DNA of 52,343 nucleotides, taken from positions 1 to 52,343 of the forward strand of contig SCQK01000002.1 in the NCBI GenBank assembly GCA_004321885.1. Reading direction: 5' to 3'. Of this stretch, positions 9,151 through 18,011 are shown in pieces. The translations under genes and the position numbers were made by a program. Below the pieces are notes generated by a model. It was not told the origin of the DNA, did not search any database, and saw nothing but the letters and a program-made list of their open reading frames with translations. The stretch's first letter is position 1, and every line of letters starts with the position of its first letter. Origin of the DNA: Patescibacteria group bacterium (GTDB lineage: Bacteria; Patescibacteriota; Patescibacteriia; Magasanikbacterales; GWA2-37-8).

Positions 9151-9238
9151 TGGCGGAGGGTGCAGGACTCGAACCCGCAAGCCCCTTACGGGACCCCAGT
9201 TTTCAAGACTGGTGCCTTACCATTCGGCGCAACCCTCC
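9151..9238 (-). tRNA. tRNA-Ser (anticodon TGA), type II, CCA encoded
   Basis: Manual fold: acceptor GGAGGGT/ACCCTCC, D arm GCC-GAATGGTAA-GGC, anticodon stem CCAGT/ACTGG with loop CTTGAAA, a long variable arm, T arm GCGGG-TTCGAGT-CCTGC, and 3' GCCA. Confidence 0.8.
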
Positions 9239-9336
9239 GAAACGATCCGGTAAAATCCTAACATAAATCTACTAAATAATCAAGAAAAGACCAGTTGCCG
9301 GGCCTTTTTTAAAATTTTTACAATCCTCATTCTTCT

Positions 9337-10218
9337 TTATAATTTATTTATGCCTTCCTCTAAACCAATCGTCGGCTCCCAGCCCAGCAACTCCCGGGCG
9401 CGGCTGTTATCTGCTTCTATAAACCGCATTTCACCGGGCCTGGGAGGCAAATTCACAGTTGGCCAGCCTATCAATTCGGCTATTTCATTAACGCTGGTTT
9501 GCTTGCCTGAACCTATATTAATAGCTGCTCCATCCCTAACATCAGATTTCCAGGCCGCGATATTCGCTTCAACCACATCGGACACATACACATAATCACG
9601 GGTGGCCCGGCCATCGCCAACTACCGTCAATTTTTCACCTTCCTTTTTCTGGCGCAAGAAAATTGGGATCACCATCGGATAAGATCCGGTCGCCAATTTA
9701 CGCGGGCCAAACACGTTGAAATACCTTAGACTCACCGTGGCCAGCCGGAATAAATTATGAAATAACCGGCAATATTGCTCCCCAATGTACTTGTGTAATC
9801 CATACGGGCTCACCGGGCGCGGAACAAAGTCCTCTTTTATCGGTAGTGGCTGTTCGCCGTAGAGAGCGCAGGTGGAAGAGAAAATCACTTTCTTTACCCC
9901 GGCTTCTTTGGCCGCCTGCAAAACATTCAGCGTGCCCGTAACATTTATCTCATGCGTGGAAATCGGATCTTCTATGGAAACTTGCAAACGGGGATCGGCC
10001 GCTAAGTGAAAAACGGCTTCGGCTCCTTTGAAGAGCGGCTTCAATTTATTAAAATCCCTGATGTCGACTTTTTTAAACTCGGCTTTTTTATTAACGTATT
10101 CTTTTTTCCCGAGCATCAAATTATCAATCACCCTTACTTCGTGACCTTCGGAAATTAACCTGTCGGTTAGATGTGAGCCGATAAAGCCGGCGCCGCCGGT
10201 AACAATGTATTTTGACAT
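9337..10218 (-). CDS. NAD-dependent nucleotide-sugar epimerase/dehydratase (SDR; UDP-sugar 4-epimerase or UDP-glucuronate decarboxylase-like)
   Basis: 293 aa with a Rossmann motif (TGGAGFIGSHL) and a YxxxK active site (YGLHKY). It lies immediately downstream of ugd. Confidence 0.7.
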   Translation of the reverse strand: MSKYIVTGGAGFIGSHLTDRLISEGHEVRVIDNLMLGKKEYVNKKAEFKKVDIRDFNKLKPLFKGAEAVFHLAADPRLQVSIEDPISTHEINVTGTLNVLQAAKEAGVKKVIFSSTCALYGEQPLPIKEDFVPRPVSPYGLHKYIGEQYCRLFHNLFRLATVSLRYFNVFGPRKLATGSYPMVIPIFLRQKKEGEKLTVVGDGRATRDYVYVSDVVEANIAAWKSDVRDGAAINIGSGKQTSVNEIAELIGWPTVNLPPRPGEMRFIEADNSRARELLGWEPTIGLEEGINKL

Positions 10219-10225
10219 AAAAAAT

Positions 10226-11617
10226 TTATATCGCCTTAAAAAATGGACTGCCCACCGCGATTATATTAAATCCGGCCCTCTGCAAATCGTCATAACGGTT
10301 TTGCAACAGGCGCCGGCCGTCCATAATGAGCGGGTGTTTTTTTTGCGCCAGCAGATAATCGGCCAAACCGTGAAACACGGGCCAATCAGTAGCTATAATC
10401 AGCGCCTCGGCCCTGCCAACAGCCGCCAATTCGCTAGACGCATAGATTGCCTTGGGCTCTCTGGGATAAAGCGACTGAAAATTCGGCATCGCGGCCGGGT
10501 CGTAAAGAAAAAATTTTTTTACTTTGCTCCGCAAAAATTTAATTATCTCCGCGGCCGGCGAATGGCGCGCGTCATTAGTGTCTCTCTTGAAAGCCAAACC
10601 CAAAATCGCCACGCTCTTGCCCTGCCAATTAAAACCGGCTTCTTTTTCCGCGCGCGCTAAAAAAATTTTGAGCTGTCTTTTGTTCGCTTTGTCCACACTG
10701 TCTATCAGAGCAGTATTTTGCCCGGCCGCGCGCAACTGATGCGCCAGGGAGCGCGAATCTTTGATAAAACAACTGCCCCCGCAATACAGGCTGTTGTAAA
10801 AACCCCAGTCGCCCGCACCCAGCCTTTGATCGCCGGTCAGAATCTTTTTTAGATTTTCAAATTTTATGTCGGAAAAACTTTCGCTCACCCGGCCGGCCGC
10901 GTCAAAACACTGCATCAACTTGTTGTATAAATAATAATTGGCCAACAATTTACCCGCGGCCGCTTCTTTGGGATTCACCTCTATATATTGCACCGAAGCC
11001 GAATCGTAAAATCTTTGATAAACTTTTCTCATTATCTTGAAATCTCGCTCATGCCACGCTCCTATCACCACGCGCGAAGGCTTTAATGAGTCGCCGACGG
11101 CCTTGCCCGCGACCAAAAACTCGGGATTGCCCGCGACTCCAAAATTGACCGCGCCGGCTTTGGCAAAAATTTTTACAGTCGCATCCGCCGCCGCTATGGG
11201 CACGGTGCTTTTAATGACCACGACAATATATTTTGACTGTCGGCCGCGGTTTCGCCGCGCCATGGCTTGGGCCAGCTTTTCAACCGCGGCGTTAAAAAAA
11301 CACAGGTCGCTTTCACCGCTTTCACCCAGCTCGGGCGTGGGCAGACACAAAAAAATCGCGTCGCACTTGTCCAGAAAATGTCTCACCGCGCCATAATCAG
11401 CCGTAAAGGCTATTCTATCTTTATTGCGCGTCAAAATATCGGCCAGGCCTTTTTCAAAAAGGCGCGCCTCAATTTTTGCGTGGTCACCAGAACTCAACAT
11501 CCCTATTTTTTTTTCGTCGGTATCGTAAACCAGCACATCATGCCCGCTGTCGGCCGTAACAGCCGCGGAACAAGCGCCCACATAGCCGGCCCCGATATAC
11601 AGTATCCGCATAGACAT
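10226..11617 (-). CDS. ugd: UDP-glucose 6-dehydrogenase / nucleotide-sugar dehydrogenase
   Basis: 463 aa with N-terminal MRILYIGAGYVG, a central catalytic-Cys region and a C-terminal UDP-binding domain typical of the UDPG/GDP-mannose dehydrogenase family. Confidence 0.85.
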   Translation of the reverse strand: MSMRILYIGAGYVGACSAAVTADSGHDVLVYDTDEKKIGMLSSGDHAKIEARLFEKGLADILTRNKDRIAFTADYGAVRHFLDKCDAIFLCLPTPELGESGESDLCFFNAAVEKLAQAMARRNRGRQSKYIVVVIKSTVPIAAADATVKIFAKAGAVNFGVAGNPEFLVAGKAVGDSLKPSRVVIGAWHERDFKIMRKVYQRFYDSASVQYIEVNPKEAAAGKLLANYYLYNKLMQCFDAAGRVSESFSDIKFENLKKILTGDQRLGAGDWGFYNSLYCGGSCFIKDSRSLAHQLRAAGQNTALIDSVDKANKRQLKIFLARAEKEAGFNWQGKSVAILGLAFKRDTNDARHSPAAEIIKFLRSKVKKFFLYDPAAMPNFQSLYPREPKAIYASSELAAVGRAEALIIATDWPVFHGLADYLLAQKKHPLIMDGRRLLQNRYDDLQRAGFNIIAVGSPFFKAI

Positions 11618-11685
11618 TGAATTACTCTCCTTAATCTGCTAACATTAACTCAAATCGTATCACATAATAAAGGCAAAAACAAGGT

Positions 11686-12795
11686 ATGACGCAACCAAAA
11701 ATCCTGATAGTTATAACCAAAGCCGACATCGGCGGAGCCCAAATAGCGGCTCTGCATCTGGCCAAAGGGCTGAAAGCCAAGGGCCTGGCCGTCACCGCGG
11801 CCATCGGCGAGGGCTCTTTTTTGGCGGGCGAACTTAACCAAGCGAATATTCCGATAACGTTTATCAAAAACTTGAAGCGCAGTTTTAACCCCCTTAAAGC
11901 AATTTTTTCTTTTTTTGAATTTAAAAAAATCTTTGACAAAAACGTTTTTGACATTGCCCAGCTCAACAGCTCAAACTCGCTTTTGGCCGCGTTGGCGGCC
12001 AGGCTGGCCAAAAACAAGCCCAGGGTCGTGTTCACCTGGCACGGTTTGTCTTATCTGGACCCGGGCGCAAAAAAAAATTGGCTGATAAAAAAATTCTTTT
12101 CATTGGCTTTCAAAATTCTTCTGCATTTTGTTGATGAAAACGTCTTCGTTTGTCAAACCAACTTGGACCAGGTCAAAAAAACCAAGCTGGTAAAAACCGG
12201 CACAGTGATAAAAAACGGGGTAAAAATAGACGCCTTGGGAACAAAACAGGCGCGAGAATTTTTGGCCAACAAATTGAAAACGAATTTGAGCGGCCAGTTG
12301 CTCGTCGGTTCCATTGGCCGTCTATCCGAGCCGAAAAATTACGAATATTTTATAGAAGAGATGGCCGAGGTCAGAAAAATTCTGCCCGCAGCGGTTGGCG
12401 TCATCATCGGCGAAGGGCCCGAGCGCGCCAAATATGAAAATTTAATCAAAAAACTGGACTTGGCCAAAAATTTTTTTCTGGCCGGCGAAATCGCCCACGC
12501 CAGCCGCTATCTCCCGGCCTTTGATTTATTCATTCTCACTTCTTTGTACGAGGGCTCGTCCATCACTTTGGCCGAGGCCATGGCCTGCGGCGTGCCCATT
12601 GCCGCCAGCGCCACCGGCGGCACGCCCGAAACCGTGAGTGGCAAAGGGCAAATTTTTCCATTGCAAAAAGGGCGGCTCGCTCAAATTATCATGGCCGCAG
12701 CCAAACAGCCCAAACAAGAAAAAATGCCGGCGCAAGCCGACACCACTGTTGCCATGACTCTCGGGTATTTGAAGCTATTCAATCTTTCATCCTAA
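11686..12795 (+). CDS. Glycosyltransferase family 4 (GT-B, retaining)
   Basis: 369 aa with a C-terminal EX7E-type motif region (FILTSLYEGSSITLAEAMACGVPIAAS). Confidence 0.75.
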   Translation: MTQPKILIVITKADIGGAQIAALHLAKGLKAKGLAVTAAIGEGSFLAGELNQANIPITFIKNLKRSFNPLKAIFSFFEFKKIFDKNVFDIAQLNSSNSLLAALAARLAKNKPRVVFTWHGLSYLDPGAKKNWLIKKFFSLAFKILLHFVDENVFVCQTNLDQVKKTKLVKTGTVIKNGVKIDALGTKQAREFLANKLKTNLSGQLLVGSIGRLSEPKNYEYFIEEMAEVRKILPAAVGVIIGEGPERAKYENLIKKLDLAKNFFLAGEIAHASRYLPAFDLFILTSLYEGSSITLAEAMACGVPIAASATGGTPETVSGKGQIFPLQKGRLAQIIMAAAKQPKQEKMPAQADTTVAMTLGYLKLFNLSS

Positions 12796-13561
12796 AAAGA
12801 CTCGCTAAAAAGGCTTGCGCGCATCTTAAAATCCATTTCAAGCAGGCCATAAAAAAATTCGGGTACTGTCTTCTAAACCTGATAACCAGCTTAAAACTAT
12901 TTACTACTTGTTTTCTATTTTTTACGGCCGTTACGCCGCGCGGATTTAGCCGATATTTCAAGCCAAAAAAAGGCAGGTTCTTAAATTTATAAAACTGCCC
13001 GAGGCGCAGCCAAAGGCCGTAATCCTCAACATATTTTTCTTTCTCATCATACAGGCCGCATTTAACGGCGGCTTCTTTTTCCATCATTATTCCGGAATGC
13101 AAAAATTGATTTTTAATCAGTATTTTTTTTCTGATATCTCCGTCATTTTCGCTAAATTCAATTTTGCCGGCCGCCTCGCCCTTTTCGCTTGTCAACAACG
13201 CTTTTACCCCAACCAAGCCGTAATCCGGGTTATTGGCCAAAAATTCCGCCTGCTTTTTTATTTTATCATGGTCCAGCCATTCATCATCGCTGTCAATTCT
13301 GGCCAAAAACAAACCGCGCGCTTGTCTTACCCCATGGTTCAGCGCTCCCGCCAGACCGATGTGGTTTGAAAAATTAATTATTTTAATCCGCTTGTCAATT
13401 AAAGAAAATTTATCGGCTATTTCCAACGACCCGTCTGTTGAACCGTCGTTCAAAATTAAAATTTCCAAATCTTGATACGACTGGCTTAAAACGCTTTGGA
13501 TGCTTTTTTCTAAATAAGCTTCGCCGTTATAGACCGGCAAAAGCACGGTAACCGTCGGCAT
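12779..13561 (-). CDS. Glycosyltransferase family 2
   Basis: 260 aa with a GT-A N-terminus (VTVLLPVYNGEAYLEKSIQSVLSQ...LILNDGSTDGS) and DxD/DSDD motifs. Confidence 0.8.
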   Translation of the reverse strand: MPTVTVLLPVYNGEAYLEKSIQSVLSQSYQDLEILILNDGSTDGSLEIADKFSLIDKRIKIINFSNHIGLAGALNHGVRQARGLFLARIDSDDEWLDHDKIKKQAEFLANNPDYGLVGVKALLTSEKGEAAGKIEFSENDGDIRKKILIKNQFLHSGIMMEKEAAVKCGLYDEKEKYVEDYGLWLRLGQFYKFKNLPFFGLKYRLNPRGVTAVKNRKQVVNSFKLVIRFRRQYPNFFMACLKWILRCAQAFLASLFRMKD

Positions 13562-13565
13562 GCAA

Positions 13566-14426
13566 TTATATTTTTATCCACTCCGAAGGCAGTAAATCCC
13601 CGGCATCAATATCAGCGGCGACCAGCCAGCGGCCGGGCGCCACCACGATTTTTTTCTCATTCTGATTCAGCCAAGCCGCCCACCAGCTAAAAGTGCTGTT
13701 GGCGATTATTTGATGTTTGCACAAACTCATCAGCGCCAGCTCCTCGGCCGCTCTTAGCGATGGCCGGGAAACAAAAACCATCGGCTCATCAAATTTCAAA
13801 CTATCCTTGGCCCAGGCGATGTCATCCGAGAACACGAAAATTTTAAGCGGCGCGTATTTTTTCCTGACCTCGGCCAGCCCTTTTTGGTAATAATTTACAT
13901 CGCATAAGCCGTTCCAGTCCAAGCAGGAAGCGGCGTAATCGCCGCGGCGAATATGAACGGCGACCGCATTGGGCGTCTGCTCAATTTCTCTTGCCAGCGC
14001 CTGCGCTTCGCCGGAATATTCCCGCAAAACAAAATCAGCTAATAAAATGCCTCTGATAGAATCAAAATATTTATAACTCTGAAAATAACCGCTTAAAAAA
14101 ACGGCTTTTTTCTTTTTGAGCAGGCGCGAATTGAAGCGATAAAAATAATTTCTGTTCCAGCGGCCCCTTATTTTTTTCGCGAATTGATTAAGGCGAGCCA
14201 ACAGGCCGTTGCCCTGGGCCTTTTTTATTTCTTCAACGGTCGCTTTGTTCAAGTTCACCTTAAATCCGTCAATTTCCAAATCTCTCGGCGTCTCTCCGAT
14301 CCGGCTATGGCCAAACCACGACAGGTCAAATTTCAGCGGAGCGCCCCAATCCAAAGACAGGCGCCGGCCCAAGGCGTATTGAAACATCTGATTGCCCAGT
14401 CCGGCGCTTAGCCGCATTATTATCAT
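13566..14426 (-). CDS. Glycosyltransferase family 11 (alpha-1,2-fucosyltransferase-like)
   Basis: 286 aa with the hallmark GT11 motif I (GLGNQMFQYA) and the motif HIRRGDY. Confidence 0.75.
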   Translation of the reverse strand: MIIMRLSAGLGNQMFQYALGRRLSLDWGAPLKFDLSWFGHSRIGETPRDLEIDGFKVNLNKATVEEIKKAQGNGLLARLNQFAKKIRGRWNRNYFYRFNSRLLKKKKAVFLSGYFQSYKYFDSIRGILLADFVLREYSGEAQALAREIEQTPNAVAVHIRRGDYAASCLDWNGLCDVNYYQKGLAEVRKKYAPLKIFVFSDDIAWAKDSLKFDEPMVFVSRPSLRAAEELALMSLCKHQIIANSTFSWWAAWLNQNEKKIVVAPGRWLVAADIDAGDLLPSEWIKI

Positions 14427-14875
14427 GTCAGCAAATTATTTTTCCGCAAAAATTTGGCGTGAATGGGAATGGTTTTTTTCGGCAGTTTCTTAAAAAAATC
14501 AAACCGTGGCGCCTGGCCCCGGCCGGCCGGAAGCAAATTCTTCGGCCTGACCAAAAAAACCATACTGACCGTGTGTCTTTTTTTACCGGCCTGAACCTCG
14601 CGCAAAAATTCCATAAAGCCCAACAGCTTCACCGGTTCCACCGCCAAACCGGTTTCCTCTCGCGCGATTCTCTGGAGCGCCCGGCTGATTGTCTCGCGCC
14701 ACCTTAGCCGGCCGCCGGGCAAATGCCACTGATTTTTGTACGGCTCGATGGCGCGCCAAGTCAAAAGAACGCCGCGCTGATTTTTGACAACCAAATCAAC
14801 GCAAACCCGCGGCGCGCGGCTGTAAATAAAATTATAATCCTTGTCACTTAGCCAAGACTGTTTCCGCTTGTTCAT
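14423..14875 (-). CDS. Nudix hydrolase, GDP-mannose mannosyl hydrolase (Gmm/NudD)-like
   Basis: 150 aa with a modified Nudix box (HLPGGRLRWRETISRALQRIAREETGL) resembling the Gmm variant GGRxxxxETxxxAxxRxxxxELG. Confidence 0.65.
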   Translation of the reverse strand: MNKRKQSWLSDKDYNFIYSRAPRVCVDLVVKNQRGVLLTWRAIEPYKNQWHLPGGRLRWRETISRALQRIAREETGLAVEPVKLLGFMEFLREVQAGKKRHTVSMVFLVRPKNLLPAGRGQAPRFDFFKKLPKKTIPIHAKFLRKNNLLT

Positions 14876-17018
14876 ACTTATTTTTTTTGGCCGCCTCCAC
14901 CTGGGCCGCCACCCACTCGTACATTTTGGCCATGCCCTCGCGCAGGGACAGAGACGGAGCCCAGCCGAGCTTTTCCCGTATCAATTTATTGTCGGAATTG
15001 CGGCCGCGCACCCCCTCGGGCCCCGGGATATTTTTAATGGTTAATTTTTTTCCGGAAAAATCAATCACCATTTGCGTCAATCCGTTTATGGAAACCATTT
15101 CTTCAGACCCGATATTGAGCGGCCCGCCAAAATCAGAATCCATAAATCGGCGCACCCCCTCTAGGCAGTCGTCTATATAAAGAAAAGAGCGGGTCTGTTT
15201 GCCGTCGCCCCAAATCTCCACCACCCCGCCATCGGCAGCCTCGGCCACTTTGCGGCAAATGGCGGCCGGCGCTTTATCGCGCCCGCCTGTCCAGGCGGTT
15301 TCCGGCCCAAAGACATTGTGAAAACGGGCCACGCGCACCGGCAAACCATAATTGCGATTGTTGGCAAAATACAGCCGCTCGCTGAACAATTTTTCCCAGC
15401 CATAATCGCTGTCTGGCAGGGCCGGGTAAGCCGACTCTTCGGCGCAATTCGGGTTGGCCGGGTCCTGCTGATTAAAGCGCGGATAAATGCAGGCCGAAGA
15501 CGAATAAAAAATCTTTTTCGCGCCGGTTTTAGGCGCGAAATGCGCCATATTCAAATTTATCTGGGCCGAATTATGCATGACATCGGCGTCGTGTTCGCCC
15601 GTAAAAATATAGCCAGCTCCGCCCATATCAGCGGCCAACTGGTACACCTCGTCAAAATCCGCGGCCAAGACTTTTTGACACACCGCCGGGTCGCGCAAAT
15701 CGCCGAGCACAAATTCATCGGCCGCGGTCTGGCTGAACTCCGGATATTTCAAATCCACCCCGCGCACCCAAAAACCCTCGCCCTTTAATTTCTTCACCAG
15801 ATGACTGCCGATAAAACCGCCGGCCCCGCAAACCAAGGCTTTTTTGTTTGGCATAAATTTAATAGTTAAGTTTTTCGCGTAAAACTTTTTTACGATAAAA
15901 TTTTTTAATTTGATAGGCCAGTCCTTGTCCATGCACGGCTTTTCAAAAATCAGGTAGAAAATGCCGGTGATTAGTAAAATCGGAAGCGTCAGCAGTAGTA
16001 TCTGCAAAATGATATTAACCGCGTAACTGCTGGTTAAGCTCCAAAAAACAGTGGCATTGCCAAAGCCGGAGATGACGACCGTATGCGTCAGATACATAGA
16101 GTAGCACATCCCACCGATGCCGGCAATAATCTTGTTGCCCAGTATTTTCTTGAGCAAATCATCGGTCAAAAACAGATAAACCAAAAGAAATAACGACGTT
16201 AAAAAAATACTCTTGCCGATAAAATTATCAACGTCAATAAACACCAAAACGACAAAAGCCAGCCCGCTGGCGGCCAGCGCCAGTTTGAACGGAATCTTGG
16301 GCGCTGGTTCAGACACGTAAAAGTCGGCTATTAAAAATCCGATTAAAAAATAAAAAAGATAATTATAAAGCCAGATAAAGCCGATCTTGAAGTATAAATT
16401 CAAAAACGGAATCAAAAATATCAGAATAATGAGCAGGGGCCGCCTGATTTGTTTGCCCAGGCGAAAGACCTGGGCCAAAAGCGGGGCCACCAGATAAAAT
16501 TGCACCTCAATTTCCAATGTCCAGAGCAAAACCCCGAGCATGGAAAAGCCGGCCACCGGAATAACATTATGAAGATAGAAAAAATTTAAAATCAAGCCGG
16601 GCCACAACTCGGAAAAAGTATGCTCGCCTTTGATAAGATAAAGCAGAAAAAAAATAATCAGGGCCGCGAAATACGGCGGCTCCAGTCTGGTCAGGCGCCG
16701 TAGATAATATTTTCTTAAAACCGGCTTTTTCGCCGAGGCCAAAAAATGCTTGGCGAACGGCAGGGCCAGAATAAAACCGCTAAGCACGAAAAAAATCTGC
16801 ACGCCCTTGAATCCGTTTTTCAAAAAAATATCCAAAAGGCTGTTGACCGTATCATATTTCACGGGCGACTTGGTGAGGAAAAAATTGTTGATATGATAAA
16901 AAGTGACGATGGCGATGGCGATGAAGCGCACGCCGTCAACTTCCGGAATATAAAAATGCGACGTGGTGGTTCGCCTCAATCTGTCAAATAATTTATTCAA
17001 CGCAACGCGTCCATTCAT
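14844..17018 (-). CDS. Fusion: N-terminal acyltransferase-3 (OafA/NolL-like membrane O-acyltransferase) plus C-terminal NAD-dependent sugar epimerase (GDP-mannose-3,5-epimerase/CDP-sugar epimerase-like SDR)
   Basis: 724 aa single ORF. Residues 1-390 are polytopic with an acyltransferase-3 signature (VDGVRFIAIAIVTFYHI...). Residues 393 onward begin MPNKKALVCGAGGFIGSHL, with YxxxK (YGWEK) and a full SDR epimerase fold. An internal ATG at 15852 could make this two genes, but no stop separates the domains. Confidence 0.6.
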   Translation of the reverse strand: MNGRVALNKLFDRLRRTTTSHFYIPEVDGVRFIAIAIVTFYHINNFFLTKSPVKYDTVNSLLDIFLKNGFKGVQIFFVLSGFILALPFAKHFLASAKKPVLRKYYLRRLTRLEPPYFAALIIFFLLYLIKGEHTFSELWPGLILNFFYLHNVIPVAGFSMLGVLLWTLEIEVQFYLVAPLLAQVFRLGKQIRRPLLIILIFLIPFLNLYFKIGFIWLYNYLFYFLIGFLIADFYVSEPAPKIPFKLALAASGLAFVVLVFIDVDNFIGKSIFLTSLFLLVYLFLTDDLLKKILGNKIIAGIGGMCYSMYLTHTVVISGFGNATVFWSLTSSYAVNIILQILLLTLPILLITGIFYLIFEKPCMDKDWPIKLKNFIVKKFYAKNLTIKFMPNKKALVCGAGGFIGSHLVKKLKGEGFWVRGVDLKYPEFSQTAADEFVLGDLRDPAVCQKVLAADFDEVYQLAADMGGAGYIFTGEHDADVMHNSAQINLNMAHFAPKTGAKKIFYSSSACIYPRFNQQDPANPNCAEESAYPALPDSDYGWEKLFSERLYFANNRNYGLPVRVARFHNVFGPETAWTGGRDKAPAAICRKVAEAADGGVVEIWGDGKQTRSFLYIDDCLEGVRRFMDSDFGGPLNIGSEEMVSINGLTQMVIDFSGKKLTIKNIPGPEGVRGRNSDNKLIREKLGWAPSLSLREGMAKMYEWVAAQVEAAKKNKYEQAETVLAK

Positions 17019-18010
17019 AGCCCGACAATAGCCAGCAGTTTCTCCGCCGACCTTAGGTCGCTTAACTGCTCTTCCACATAGGCCCGGGGGTCAAAGCGCT
17101 TTAATACCCGCAAAAATTCCTCCAAAATCGCGGGCAATTCGGCAAAATCCGCAAAGGTCATGCCGCAACGCTCGTTTAGGTAAGGACAACTGATATTTTT
17201 CGCGCACCAAAAATAATTATTGTATTCATAACGCCCCCGGTCCCACACCAGGGTGGGCACGTTTCTGGCCCAGGCTTCCTGCAAGGCCAGGCCCTGGCTT
17301 TCGGACAAAGAAAAATAGAGCATGGCCTTGGCCTGATTCAGCTCGCGAAAATAATCTGCCTGCTTATAATCATCATAAAAAATAAACCCTACCGGGTATT
17401 TTATCTGCGCTCGCTCGGAAGTGAAAGCTTCGCTTTCGCTTCTCTCGCTTCGCTTGATAATAAATTTATAGGAAAGCGCGGCTAACGCGTTTTTGAGCGC
17501 TTGCAGTTCGCCGCCGGACAATGAATTTTTAACAAAAACTAAAATTTTCTCCCGCCGGTTGTTTGTTATTTCGGGCACGCGCACGCCGGCCGGCCAAACC
17601 TTAATTTTTTCAGACAAGCGCGGGCTGATGGACAGATAAAAATCCCTCACCCAGTCGGACGGCTGTAAAATCAGGTCAATTTCCGGCGCATTGATGATGC
17701 CCCCGCCATCATTAGGGGTAACAACCAAATTCGGGCCGGCCACTAACTTCTTAAATTTTTTTCTTTCTTTTATCGCCCACTGCAACGTTTCCAAACTGCC
17801 ATTGACAAAAACTGTGTCTTCCGGCTTTATCTCCGTTGATTTGACATTTAACAAATACGGGCGTTTAAGTTCGTCCAAACCGCGCAACAAACTATCCATG
17901 ACCGCGTCCGGCCCCCTTTTCACCCCAGCCAATCGCCGCAGAACGCGCCAATAAATCTCTTTGGAAAAAAGGCCGGCCTTGGGAGATTTTGTCAATATAA
18001 TTAGAGACAC
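17015..18010 (-). CDS. GT4-like glycosyltransferase (C-terminal GT-B domain with an EX7E motif)
   Basis: 331 aa with an ESQGLALQE motif (E-x7-E) followed by AWARNVPTLVWD, resembling the donor-binding GT4 signature. The N-terminal half is unassigned. Confidence 0.5.
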   Translation of the reverse strand: MSLIILTKSPKAGLFSKEIYWRVLRRLAGVKRGPDAVMDSLLRGLDELKRPYLLNVKSTEIKPEDTVFVNGSLETLQWAIKERKKFKKLVAGPNLVVTPNDGGGIINAPEIDLILQPSDWVRDFYLSISPRLSEKIKVWPAGVRVPEITNNRREKILVFVKNSLSGGELQALKNALAALSYKFIIKRSERSESEAFTSERAQIKYPVGFIFYDDYKQADYFRELNQAKAMLYFSLSESQGLALQEAWARNVPTLVWDRGRYEYNNYFWCAKNISCPYLNERCGMTFADFAELPAILEEFLRVLKRFDPRAYVEEQLSDLRSAEKLLAIVGL

Positions 18011-18011
18011 A

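Noticed and set aside
9007-9261. 84-aa plus-strand ORF
   Set aside because: It overlaps both tRNA-Ser genes and has no homology signal, so it is spurious.
9287-9312. Possible terminator (CCGGGCC followed by TTTTTT) after the tRNA genes and epimerase
   Set aside because: The stem is only about 3 bp with no convincing hairpin on either strand, so the T-run alone is insufficient.
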